Shown here: piece by piece, positions 48,940 to 61,978 of the stretch
Numbering within the stretch: position 1 is the stretch's first letter
Layout of the letters: every line of letters begins with the position of its first letter
DNA from: Bigelowiella natans CCMP2755
Lineage: Eukaryota; Protista; Cercozoa
Length of the DNA stretch: 64,000 nucleotides
Assembly (NCBI GenBank): GCA_000320545.1
Contig: ADNK01000413.1
Span: forward strand, 45,313-109,312
Reading direction: 5' to 3'
Notes under the pieces: generated by a model
Databases searched by the model: none
What the model saw: the letters and a program-made list of their open reading frames with translations, nothing else
Told to the model about the DNA's origin: nothing
Program-made: the position numbers and the translations under genes

Positions 48940-50300
48940 TCCTGAATCATTTTGCCCCAATACCTAGACTTTTGAGAGTTACTGCCATAAATATTGGCTT
49001 CATCTTATCAACTAAGCCTAATGTAAGAAGTCTATCAAAAAATGAATATAGTACAAATTCCATAATCTTAATCGTCGAGTTATCCATTATACCATCCGGT
49101 AATTCATGCTTCTGGTATCCCAGCTCGGGGGGGATGCGCAATGTGCGGTTGCCGCCTTCAGCCATACCAATCACTACATTAAAAATATGTGAATAATCCG
49201 ATGGTCTGCTGGCAGTGCCGTTGCTGCTGCAGGTGTTGGTATTTTTCATAACTACCTCCTTGCTCCAGTCCTGGTATCACGGTGCCATCTCCAATATAGA
49301 AAATACTGGGCTAGTGTGGAGGGTGCAATAATTTCAATTGGTTAGTATCATACCATGTCCCAGCGATTAGAATGAGAAAATACAAAAAATGCATAGCCCC
49401 AACGACTGGCGGCATGTCCCGCGTTGTCAAATTTACACCTTTTCTCTCGCAATATCAGGTTCGAAATATGCTAACCTCGAATCCAAAATTCCGAGTGTCC
49501 AATACAACCCTTCTGTCTTCACCTGCAAGTGAGTAATGAACCTGGACCTGCAAGAATGATGATGAGCGCTTCAAAAAGACCCCGGAAACATGTTCCCGTC
49601 AAAGCAACCTTATCTCCTTCCTGAGCTATACGACCATTCCCGATATGTGTATCTCTGGGTGGTAGGAAGAAAAAACGGTGAGTTCCTCGTGGGCAACATC
49701 ATTCCCTCCTCATATAATACATGTAGGAAATCCCCGAATCCATGCAAATGGGCCTCTTTCCATTTTGAGCGTTCGTGATCCAACCTATAGTCGCTCAAGT
49801 ATTTCAGTGAAATGTAAGGGAAAATGAGGAGGTCAGCGTCAAACCTCTAGGTTTGGTGTGAAACTGCAACACATTAGTCGGTCGAAGCCTGGCAATACTA
49901 CACAACGAGGTTGTGAATTAGCATGACTCTTCTGTGCACGAATAAGTTGGTAGCGAAAAATTACGAGTTTCTATTTCCAATTAAATTAGAAACTGGAATG
50001 TAGCATTTGCTGATTCCTCTTCCTGGACCAGTCGTACAATATGCAAATAATTAGAGTGCTCATAACAAACGTGAGAAAAAGCCTTTACCTCCCAGTTGTA
50101 ACAGCGAAAAGAGATAATACAGAGACCCAGAGAACGGGAGCCACCACCACCAGTGGAATTGGTACAGTCGCATCAACCGGAGCTAGTCGGACTGGTCCCT
50201 CCTCACTGTAAAGCTACCAGTACATTCTACCAAATACCTTGCTCGAACAGGCGTCATTCAAGTTAGCTGCAATGAGTTTTTTTGTATCTCTAATCTCCAT
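48940..50300 (-). CDS. Multi-exon FKBP-type peptidyl-prolyl isomerase with hydrophobic N-terminal region; ends approximate
   Basis: Exons give FYIGDGTVIPGLEQG and VIGMAEGGNRTLRIPPELGY; candidate ATG at 50300. Confidence 0.7.
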
Positions 50301-50382
50301 GACGTTCTGAATAAACCCCCTGTATTTTATCATTTTCGATGTTTCATAACACTTCGTTCGGGTCTCCAAGCTACTCTGAAGA

Positions 50383-51000
50383 ATGGAAGGAAGCTCGGGG
50401 GGAGATGATCAGGTCAACTGTCTTGAATGGCCGCGATAACTCTGTTTCGATACATGTTCTATTGTAGTGCGATCCCAACTCAGTGAGTGAGCCAGATAGT
50501 TTCCTTCAGGAGTCACTTGGTTTTCAATTCAATCGCTGGTTGAAAGAAAAGGTCGCTGACGGCAGCCTGGAAGAAGACGATGAGAGTAAATTCTTGCGAG
50601 CTGTCCAGAAAATTGGCCAGGTTCCGAAGCTCCGCGATCTCTTCCTCATTGAGTCGAAAGCAGAGTACGTCTCTTCAATCCAATACACGAACTAAATCAT
50701 AGACACGCCTCACACACTAATACTCGTTTTCATACATACACATCTAACACATATATTTAAATGGTACTGTCACAGGATGAGGGAAATGTTTGGAGAAGGA
50801 GGTGAGGAGGTGAATTTTTTCGAATTGAACCGGTTTTGGAAGGTATTCGAGGCGTTGCGGCTTTCTCAAAAGGAGGGAAAAGCTTCAAAGCTACTTATTC
50901 CGAAGTACGGAGAAGAATTATGCTCGGAATTTCGACTGAATATATGTATTCATATGATGCAACAAGTAGATCGCCCTTTCTTGATTGGAACACGAAGATG
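50383..51000 (+). CDS. Host multi-exon gene of unknown function (5' exons only)
   Basis: ATG 50383 (MEGSSGGDD), with exon-like ORFs 50483 and 50777 flanked by splice-like sites. Confidence 0.4.
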
Positions 51001-54000
51001 TGGGGTCCAAAGGGAGGAATGAAACCATCGATGCGACCGTCTCCAAGCTCACAGAAAACTCAAATTGAGGGTAAAACATACATACATATTTTACACGCCC
51101 TTACATATCCCTCCCTTTCCCTCCAACCCATCCCGTCGTGTAAATGTTGTGCTATCCATCTCTGCAAATTGCTTATCAACTGCACGAAAGGATGGGTGGG
51201 GCCGCTGTAGATTGATGGCAAACACTGATGCGCCGTCGCAGACAAGGCTAGACGATCTGCTGTCAACATCTTCTTCTAAATTTCGCTTGATTTTTTATCA
51301 CTTTCTTAGAGCTCATGTATGCGAATTTACAAAGTTCCAAATTTTGCTTGGTTGAGAGTGCCTGGCTTGAGGTATTTTGATTATTTAGAAGTTGCTGCAG
51401 GCTTCCATTAAATCTTATCATATGTTACTCTTCTCTCAGAGTTGGCTGCGTTATACCAATTCGGACTGGCGCAAAGCGTTAAATGTCGGGAAGCAAAATT
51501 TAATTTGAAGCACAAAGTGTTCTGATCACCGCTATCTAAAATGATACAGGAACGTTGGCCGAATGATTTATACTGGCCTAAAGGATATGCGGAGGTGAAG
51601 CTGAAGAGGATTTAGAAATATGAGAGTATCATTTGTCGTATCTTTATTTCGAAGCGAGTTACATAAATTCCAACATTATTCACAAAAGGTATACCATTTG
51701 GTGCGATATATTAATATGACGAAGAGCGATTGGAAAGAGGATGTCAACGCGTAAGGCATTCTCAAATATCTGTCTCGTCTATCATTTCCTGATTGGGTGT
51801 TGTATTCATTTATCACGTACAGCAAACAATGGACTGTATTCGTCAAGTCTCTAATCAAATTGGAGGTTCATCTTTGTGATGATTGTGTGTATGTGTCAGT
51901 GTAGTTAGCCGTGTTCTGTCGTAAGCTTCCACCCCGTTCAATGTGTTTTGAAAAGTTGCCAATAGAAGAGTTCATTTCGGTTGAGTTGGAGTCTCTCCGG
52001 TCGTTGTTACGTCCGCATGGTCTTAGAGGTACTACAAGAAGGGCATTTGAAGAAAATTTTCCATCTCGTTAAGATTTTCATTTCCATCTCTCCCCCCCCC
52101 CCTCTCTCTCTCTCCCCTCCCTCTCGCTCGTTTTCTTTTTTCCTTTTAATCGCACGCGCGCTAATACGTGAGAATTCATGTTTCGTTCTGAACTTAGACG
52201 CAGCGGAAGATTTTTACGACCGTTTGCAGCGTGTTATTGAGGGGAAAACGCATGAACCGAATAAAGCACTGAGGCATCTCAGTAAGAGGAATTATCATAC
52301 TGCCCAATCAACATTTACGAGAAAACACATGCATGCATATACCATAATAGAGTAGGTGTGCACATCTCACTTTTGTGGGTGCTAGTTTTCATTTCCCCGC
52401 TCATTCGGTTGTTAATTGATCAGGCCTCAATTCCAGTGCTGGCCCTGAGCCTGCTCACATCCCAAATGCACCGCTTCGATATATACCAGGTTGTAGCTGT
52501 CGCCTACCATTTCTCTTAGGAACAAAGGCACACAAACACGAACTCTCTTGTTTGGATCCCTTTTCGTTCCGATGGTTTTCAGTGTATTCTGAGTCTAGTT
52601 CTAGCACGTGATGATGTTGAATGTTTGATCGTTGTTGCTACATAGTCTAATAACCTTGTCACACAATGTTTACAATACAAGGAAGCGGAAGAAGCAAGCA
52701 CGGTGTCATCCAAATCAATCAAAAGCTCAAAGAAAGAAGTCCTCGCTGTCCAAATTTTAATTATAGTTGGTGAATAAAAAATAAATCAAGATTACATTGA
52801 AACTATCATTTTGTTTGTGCACAAGTGTACAAAGGTTTTCTTCCCAAAATTGATGCATTATGCTACATTGTGTCCAAGAAATCAGCTCACCATCTCCTCA
52901 ATATGGCACATAATTTTTCTATCAGGGGATTTTTATTGCGTCCCAGCTTGTGTTTACGATAAGCTGCAACAGTGGTATGGAGGAGGTACTGCTATTACTT
53001 CTACATACAAATCATTATGTATTGCACTCGTATTATGACAAAATCATTTTTATAGCTCTCCCCACCTCGTACCTTATCCGCTCTTACGGAACACGCCAAT
53101 CATATTATTCTCCAGATAGAGAAAATCCATACTTGGTTGATATCAGTAGTATGAACGCAAATTTGTGTGTGTGTGTGTGTGTCAAATAACTTTTCACTCA
53201 TGGATCCAAAGGCCCAAGGATAGAGCGAGAATGGACCTCAGAGTCAGAGTGAGTAGCTCTACCGTTTATCTTGTTACCATCGTTGTCATTGGTTCAGGAA
53301 AACAATTTTGTCTTTGTGCACTAACTACTATGACAGGTCAAGAGTGCACCTATTCCCGATACATGTTGGACTATATGTGAGGCCACTTCACATATAATAA
53401 TTATTACACCACCTGTTTTTAAGATAGAAGATTGTGTTCGGGGTGTGTTGCGCGCATGGTTCTTGCTGTTACTTACGGGTTCATTCTTAAATGTACGAAA
53501 AGGCTCCTTCATACGTCACAGTTTAGAAAGAGATTACGTAAAGATCAATGTGCATGAAGTTCACACATTGTAGTAGTAGTAGTAGTAGTAGTAGTAGTAC
53601 ATATCATCATGCATAAAAGGAATTGTACATTTGTCGTAACTACTCTCTACTATATGGCTTGTAGCAATGCAATCCGAGGACGGGAAAACCTTGTGGTGGA
53701 TTGCCGGAGATCTCATATTACTCGGTAAGGAATGATACGAGAATGACATCTTACTTCACTGCACATAGCCATCAGCGATATAAAGAAAACGGATCCAAAG
53801 TCTTCGAAAACGCAAAATAATTTATAATCCGACGAGACAGGCCGTTTTTTCATCCATGTATTTTGGTGATTTTAGTGTGTAACAGCAACATTAAAAGCGG
53901 CTAGACGGACAGGATTACATTCTGATATATGTATATACATTTTTTATTTTATTTTATCGTACTTTTCTTCAGCGAGATCGCACAGCAAGAGAGCTGCTCA

Positions 54001-54268
54001 ATCAAGCAGCTAAACGTAAACTAGAGAAAGGGAGAGAAGGAATCAGGAAAGGGAGGGATACATTTGCCATATATTTCTCTGAAACACAATCCGCAACAAA
54101 AGAGTCTAATGTATCGGTTGACCATCAAGCTACGATTCATTTTGTTGTTTCGAATCGGAATAAATGATAATGCAGAACTGATAAGGGAGCGGAGCTTGGA
54201 GATATTGCAAAGGGATATGCCTGAACTTCACATGCTAGGTTTCTGTTGAGAGCAAGATAAAGAGAGTC

Positions 54269-54300
<32 letters not shown>

Positions 54301-54654
54301 GGGGGGGGGGAAGCCTCCTTGCGCAGCTGTTGAATAGATAGCAACGGATAGTAGTATTGTTAGTAATATTAGTAGGCATAGATACACAGGCAACTAATCG
54401 ATGAGATGGTTCAATTTTCATGAATGGATTCCCGTCGTCATATGTTGTTCTACGAAGAACCGCTGCAGGCTGACTGATGTTGTTTCCCATACGTACAAAT
54501 CGCAGGAGAATTCGTTGTTAAGGCTATTCTGCCAGAAATCAGTTTAACAGGAGCAAGTACTACCAGGAGAAGAAGAAGAAGAAGAAGAAGAAGAAGAATA
54601 GAATGAAAATCCGCTGTTGAATCAAATCTAACAACAGATCAATGAAGATCATAG

Positions 54655-54708
<54 letters not shown>

Positions 54709-54823
54709 TGTGTGTATTCATCCTCTCTTCTATGATGATTATGGTGGCCTTTTTGAGTTAATTTAATTTACCTGCTTCCCTCCTACTTCTCCTCCTCCTC
54801 CTCCTCTTTCTCCTCCCTAATCT

Positions 54824-54868
<45 letters not shown>

Positions 54869-57000
54869 ACGTCTATTAGATAGGAAAAGGGGTACAGGGA
54901 TCAAGTGCCAAAATATAGAATTAGACAATTTAGGTATCATCAGGATTAGAAGATGATAATCAAGAAGAAGAAGAAGAAGAAGAAGAAGAAGAAGAGAAGA
55001 AGAGGAATAAGCATCAATGTTTGCAGTGGGGCATCGTACTCAAGCTTACTTTCCCTCAAGCCTTTCTTTCGTGTTGCTGTTGCTGTATTATTATCAAACA
55101 ATTATTTACAAATCATAATCTCTGCAGCTGCTGCTGTTGTCCTTGAATGCTTCCCTTCACAACCGTCTTTTTGTTTGTTTGTTTGTTTATCTGTTGTCTC
55201 TTCAGCAACCAGATTTGGGCATATTCCTTGTCAAGCAGATAATAATAGAGATGTCGAAGCTAAGATGAAACCAACATTACCCGAGTTTCCTTTCCGGCTA
55301 TGGTATTTTGTAATAAGTAATAAGGCTATGATGATATGGGAATGGAGAAGAAAGGAGGAGAAAGCGAAATAGAGAGCGAGAGAGACGAAGAAGAAATATC
55401 CAAAAGAGGGAGGAGGGGGAGGAGGAGGAGAGGGGATACGTGCTTCTGTAACTGAGAGTCCTATATACAGTTAACATGTAGTGTTATATTAAACAAAGGT
55501 ATTATGAAGAAAGAACTCTTTTTAAACCATTCGAAATCGAAGAGCGTGTCGAAGCAAGATATCAAGGTGGTGGTGGTGATCATTGACGTCGTCGTTTTCA
55601 ACGTATTCAGCGCATTAATACACTGAAGCACGGAAAACGTCTTCTTGGTGGAGATGCAAGGATTCTCCCCCCTCTCCTCCACCTTCTCATTGTGAATATT
55701 CCTCTCTAATTTATTATGTGTCACTATCATCTGTCTCCGTAACCTCCTGCTGCTACTACTAGGTGTGTGGTATCCAGGGGACCTTATTGGCCTACCGAAG
55801 GTGGTGGTGATCACAGATTTTCCACTTTTTATGGTTTCTGCTTATTCAGTATGGTCTGAATCTTGAAAGAATCGATCAAGATAAGCATCGTTTCATCTCT
55901 ATCTCTTCCAATGCTTCTACTCTCCCCACCCCCTCCCCTCTCCCTCCCTCTAGCTATGATATCCACAACGCTTCTTCTTTTTGTTTGTTTATTTTGTTGG
56001 TTGCATGCATTCTGCAGGCTGACAAATGGGGGCGATACGGAGTAGTGTGCGACGCAGACAAGGTTCTCTTTGGGTTGTCTTTCTCCACTTTTTGTGCTTT
56101 TCTTCACGGTTGACACATGTGAATGACGCAGGATTCTATATACATTGAATTCTTCATATTATCATCGTATGTCTTCCTGTATCAACCAAGAAGTCTAATC
56201 CTATCTTCCTCCTCCTCCCTCTCCCCCTCCCTCTCCCTCCTGCTACAAGAAATTAAAGGATAAACCGAAGACCATGTGCAAGACTATCAGAAGAGTTGTG
56301 CCCGCTCCTGTATGGATTTACAAACAAAGAAACCAACATGCGTGTGTAGTCTCTAGCTACCAATATCTTTAAATGATGATGAATATTGATGATATACGCA
56401 CACCTCTCTCACTACGAGCACACATAGCCACATCAGATTAAGTGTATCTTCATACATTGAATAATAACTGTGAGAGCCTGGCCAAAAATCTTACACACTA
56501 CAGGGTGACGGTAAAATCGTGAGACGCTGGAAGTACCTCCTCAGCAACTTGATTGATGCTCCTTTCCAAACTCTAGGTGGGCAGTCGTAGATAACAGTGA
56601 TTAGTGATGATGTTGTGGTTGTGCTGGTTTGATGGGAGGAGGAGATTGTGTCACTCTACTCACCTTAATATCCACCTACTATCATTAGATCGAGAATTCA
56701 ATTGCGATGGCGTGTTAGGTCGTTTTCACTACTACTACTACTACTACTACTACTACATACGTTCCAGTATTTTGTATCTTGGATTTGACATCGCAATATT
56801 TGTTCACATTCTTACTGACTACAAGGTCACATCCGTCAAGTATAAATGTGCATATTTTTTGTAAATTCAAGTTGTAAATCATGTTGCGCATTCCTGCGAA
56901 CTGCTCAGATAGTATGTTTTGATATTTCTAACTTAGATCTCATGATCGAAAGGAAAGCAGGAAAGTCATACAAGCATCCCCCCCCCCCCCCCCCTCTACA

Positions 57001-57054
<54 letters not shown>

Positions 57055-57179
57055 CTTATGGCATGTTCTTTCATTCGTTATGCCAAAGTTGTGGTGAGAG
57101 AGAGAAAGGAGAAATAGTCGTCATTGCAATTCATGATAGGTAACAATTGCCTGATTTTATGGAGATCGTATAATATTAC

Positions 57180-57222
<43 letters not shown>

Positions 57223-58004
57223 CCACTGGTTGCGTCAGTTGCATCCTCAGGATTGGAGGAACACGCTCAAAAGTATGTATGCATGTATGTATGATGTGTC
57301 TCCCATTCCCAATTCAATAACACAAGGAGCAATTAGGTTCCAATTCTTGATGTCAATACAAATCCAGCCCCTCTCTCCATCAGACCCTTCTGACTCACTC
57401 ACTCACTCACTCAATCTCTCACTTTCACTCCCTACTCTCAACAATCACTTATAAATGTTCAGTTGGTGACTTGGTTTGGTGCATGGACACCCAAGATACA
57501 ACGCTACCTGCCGAGATCATCAAGAGACAAGAAAGTCAATTTATAGATTTCCAGGATTTCCTTTATTTTCCCGTGTTCGTTGGAGATATGCGATAGATAA
57601 CGGTTTCCCGAAATAAACTGTTTATTTGGTATATAGGAAGCGTTCAAGTTCATTACATTGGATATGCTAATACATGGGATGAATACATTGATATTGGTGA
57701 TGAACAACGTTAAAAGCTCCGCAAATGTTACTATTAGAGTCAGATTAGGTTGCATTAAGCTAAGCTATATTTTGGTAAAACAGATTCCGAGCGACTTGCC
57801 CCTCCTGGACCTAGACCACGTAAAACGAACGCTAAATAGAATTGTAAACAAAAGTTATATTGAATATCCATTTGTTATGTTGTAGAAACCGAGTGGCCGT
57901 GTAGCGCTTGCACGTATTTGAACAAGAATAAAAGGGAGACATGTGAAATGTGCGGAGCAGCTCGAGTCCGACACGATAGCAACTCGTCCGCAGAGGGCTT
58001 ATAG
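57223..58004 (+). CDS. 3' exons of a gene encoding a Tudor-knot/chromo-barrel domain and a RanBP2-type zinc finger
   Basis: Exons WRNTLK|VGDLVWCMD...|GSVQVHYIGYANTWDEYIDI|DSERLAPPG and WPCSACTYLNKNKRETCEMCG. Confidence 0.75.
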
Positions 58005-58129
58005 ACAAAACTTCGTATTGTTGTTTAAATCTAAAACCCTTTTGTTGAAGTTACAGAGTAAGTTTAGCATGTAGAGCTTGCACGTAATTAGAAGTTAAAT
58101 CTACAGGAACAATTTGTCAAGTAAACGTG

Positions 58130-58760
58130 AAAAATAAGAGAGCGGACACTGCTAGACTGTTGGAGGGCGAAAGTCCATGTTCTTTATTCAAAGTGGCAGC
58201 ACGAAGCCAAGAGGCGCTCATTAAGCGTCCTCCTCGCAGCCCCAAAATTGTTGGGTTTTGCAGAGATGTGTTTGCATCACTGATGAAGCATGCAACGGCA
58301 CGATGCATACATTCCGACGTATGCGCGCTGTAACATGCTAGCATGTACGTGAGCATGACTTCTGTCTTCCCAACGCATTTATCTCTAGCAAGCTAGCATG
58401 CTAGCATGGCATGCGACTAAGCGGAACACCACATGTTCAGTGCATCGACGCATGTCACGCGTGGGGGTTCACATCCTCCTCTACACATGCTACGTGCATG
58501 CTGGCATACACACGAATCGCATGCCGCTAACGCGTCTCCATTGCATGCATTTGACTTCCAATCTAGTTAGCTAGCAACATGTGAAACATGGTCATGTTTT
58601 GACAAAGTTATTTGTTGCATTCTGTTCATTCTTTACATAAAAGATTGCTCTTTTTCTGTCACACAATGTAGTGCTAGAGTGTTACTTGTACACCTACGTG
58701 CTGTAAAAAACCATGCTAGCATGTCTACACGTGAAGCATACTAGCATATGGCGCTGGCAT
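58130..58760. repeat. TpA-depleted, CTAG/CATG-rich repeat relic
   Basis: GCTAGCATGCTAGCATGGCATG-type sequence with reduced free TA. Confidence 0.55.
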
Positions 58761-58777
58761 CTGACGACAAATAGAAA

Positions 58778-59594
58778 CTACCATTGGCATTGACATCTAT
58801 CACGTGTCGGTCTATTCGGTGAATCGCCCTCCTTGTCGTTTCTCCCGCTGCTGCCTTCTTTCGTGCCAGAAGTACAAGTGTGTTCACCGGAAATTGGTTC
58901 TACGATTCCTACATTTATTTGTGGCGGAAGATAGAAAACGGGTCCTGCAGATCCAGATAGATGGCGAGAGAACCAGTCACTCACTTCCTCGAAAGTAAGC
59001 TTTTGCACCTATGAGAAATACTAATAAGAGGATGCTATTCTCTGAGCACCACGACATGACATGAGATGTGGTGTAGATTCGGCAAAAACATATAATTTCA
59101 CTACCTTGCCCAATACATCAGTCTCAGAAATGTCTTTGAGCGTGTCTATATCTCGCTTGTGCGTGGAAAACCATGCAGGTGGCCTGAGACTTGTCCCTCG
59201 TAATACCTTGGTTGAGATCACGCAGATGAGGGTATGAATAGTTTGAGGGAGCGAGACAGAAAGAGGATGATGATGATGATGACGAATCATAACGTTACCT
59301 CGAGCCAATGGACCCCCTCCTGCAGTTGGCTCTCGATTGAGGAGAGTAACAACGATTTAGAAATTAGGAAGGTAGATCGCTCAAATGGGCGTTGCATCAT
59401 CGTTGGAGGTGAGAACATGTCGTGAAGGGCCCGTACGGATGCTTCCACCTACGACAACAGTACACGATCGACGTCAATAAAGAGCTTCGATCGAAACACG
59501 AAGTAGAAGCATTTGCTCCTTCATTTGCATAGACACAAGTGAACATGAGACATGCGTCCGGGGGCATACACCGGATACTGAAGAAGAGAAGAAG

Positions 59595-59636
<42 letters not shown>

Positions 59637-60100
59637 AAGCGAGAAGTGCGTGAAGACCTGGCGTCCGTCACCTAGAGCTACACACCACTGAACCCGATAG
59701 AAGCCGAATTTTGGCACAAGATTTGACGTAAATGGAGTTGAATCAACGGCAGACACGTATCCATTGTCTCGGCGCAATATGTTGAGGATCGTGCTGCAAT
59801 ACGCACGGTGTCATCCAGAATTCCACATGGAAAAAGAAAACGGGAAAGTTCAACGCAGAATAGATGAAATGGCTTATCTAGTACTGTGGCTTCGAATTTC
59901 AATGAAAAATAATTTGCTAAAACTGTTATGCTTGTAGCGTGGCCTTCGTTTTCAGTAGTTTCATAAAATGTGCGGGAAACTTGTTGTTTTTGGAAACTGC
60001 TCAACGGTTTTAATGGAACACCTTCTAAATACGTGATCTGCCAATAAGGCCCGATGATGGCCTCGGATAGCTGTAAAGTCTGCGTTCGTTAATACCTGTA
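58778..60100 (-). CDS. Host multi-exon gene of unknown function (3' exons)
   Basis: Successive minus-strand ORFs bounded by GT/AG with microsatellite-containing introns. Confidence 0.4.
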
Positions 60101-60172
60101 TGAATCCTCATCGTCATCACTCCACCATTGATTGCCATCCTTATCAATAAGCAACATTCCTTGCTCTCTTGC

Positions 60173-60214
<42 letters not shown>

Positions 60215-60994
60215 TTTCTCTCATATCCCCAATTTGTGTTAAATACCAGCCTATCATATTCTCTTTTCTACCATAAAAAAAATAGATTGTTTTGTGTTTT
60301 TTGAATTTCTCTTACAGCAGCAACGATGAAAGCTCTTCCAGGGAACAAGCCAGGCAACGTACAATTTACGGTGGTCGTGATCACATCATTGCTACGATTT
60401 GCTCTCCACCCTACATGTGCAATCGTCAAAGACTCAGAAATATGCTGCTGATACGTGTAGCTCGATGATGTTCGGTGTGGCGGTCCGATTTCTTCTGCTG
60501 AATCGCTTCGTGGGGTAGTAATTACTTTGTGCACGTTTGAGGATCAACCATGTAGCAGGGCATGCAGAGTGTTGTTTGTATTTATGATTGAAAGAAGAAA
60601 ACGGCTTGGAAGAATCTAAGACCTTCTTTTCCGAGCAGGTTCTCAATTTCTGCGGAAGATCCTATGGAATAATAAGGATGATAGATGAGTACTTTGGCTA
60701 TGCACAATATCATCACTGCATTCTTGAAGTGCATGAACATTGTTGCCTCACACAGCTGCCACATCACAATACGACTATCCGGCTACACAGCACCAAGCAC
60801 TCACGTGGATGATGCTAAGAACAGCTACTGCAACTACCTCCAGTGGTTTTCATAATACCCTCGGCCCTCGCTGCATCCGAAGCTCGATGCGACTTGTTAA
60901 AGAAGCGTGCATGGTTTACGTTAAATACATCGTAGCCAAGCCTCTCCCGCAAGCGGGAGGCGAAGGACGGCCTGTTAGGCATGCGATTGCGCAT

Positions 60995-61030
<36 letters not shown>

Positions 61031-61934
61031 GCTGCTCCTTTTGCGAGAATGTTCGTCATAGCTTTGAGCAGCTTCCCTGCCACTATCGCTGGTACCACCC
61101 CTGCCAGCTTCATTATTCTCCTCCCCCTCCTCCTCCTCCTCCTCCTCCTCCTCCTCCTTATTCTCCTTCTGCTGCTGCTGTTGATGCGGGAGAATTTTCT
61201 TCTTATTATTTTCATTATTATTATTTTCATCTTTAAGGAACAGCTTATCGTCTTCCATGTGCAGCAAGTCTTGCACGCCGTGCATCATCGATGACGTCTT
61301 CGATGCAGTGGCTTGTGGGAGAGGAGGCATACGCAACGGCATTGTTCCTAGTGTCAGCAACCAACAACAACAATAATAACAACAACAACAACAACAACGA
61401 GAGGGTTATCATTCGCGACACTCAAGTCAAGTAGCACGATTCCTAGTTATAGGAAATGAACAAAGGGATACGTATGATTCACTTTGGGTATAACTGCTAG
61501 GATGATTACCGAGGATTTTGTCCAGCTGATATAGCAGCGACTTTCGTCGAAATCCCCGACGACTTTGACTTCCATACGATCTCGAGTGAATTGCTCCCTA
61601 ACCCATGCCCCCACCTATGGCCACCGCGTATGCAGTGATAACAAGATCAACAGTCATGCCGTAGACCAAGCCCGTCGATGATGGTGCCCCAATTCGAGTT
61701 GCAATTTTTGGTGTACATTACATTGTTCGTTCTATGTGCAGAGCCCGCATCATCATCATCAGCAGCAGCATCATCGTCATCATCACACTCCCCCCTTCCA
61801 TCATTTCCCATCTATATCTCATAGCTCCTCCTCCTGCCTATTGGTGTAATTATGTACGAACAACGCACCTTTACAGGATCCAAATTCTTGATGTGCTCTG
61901 GAGTCACACGCTGCAATCTGACGCCCGTATGTGT

Positions 61935-61978
<44 letters not shown>

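Noticed and set aside
58450-58490. GCGTGGGGGTTCACATCCTCC resembling a tRNA T-arm
   Set aside because: No cloverleaf or A-box can be supported
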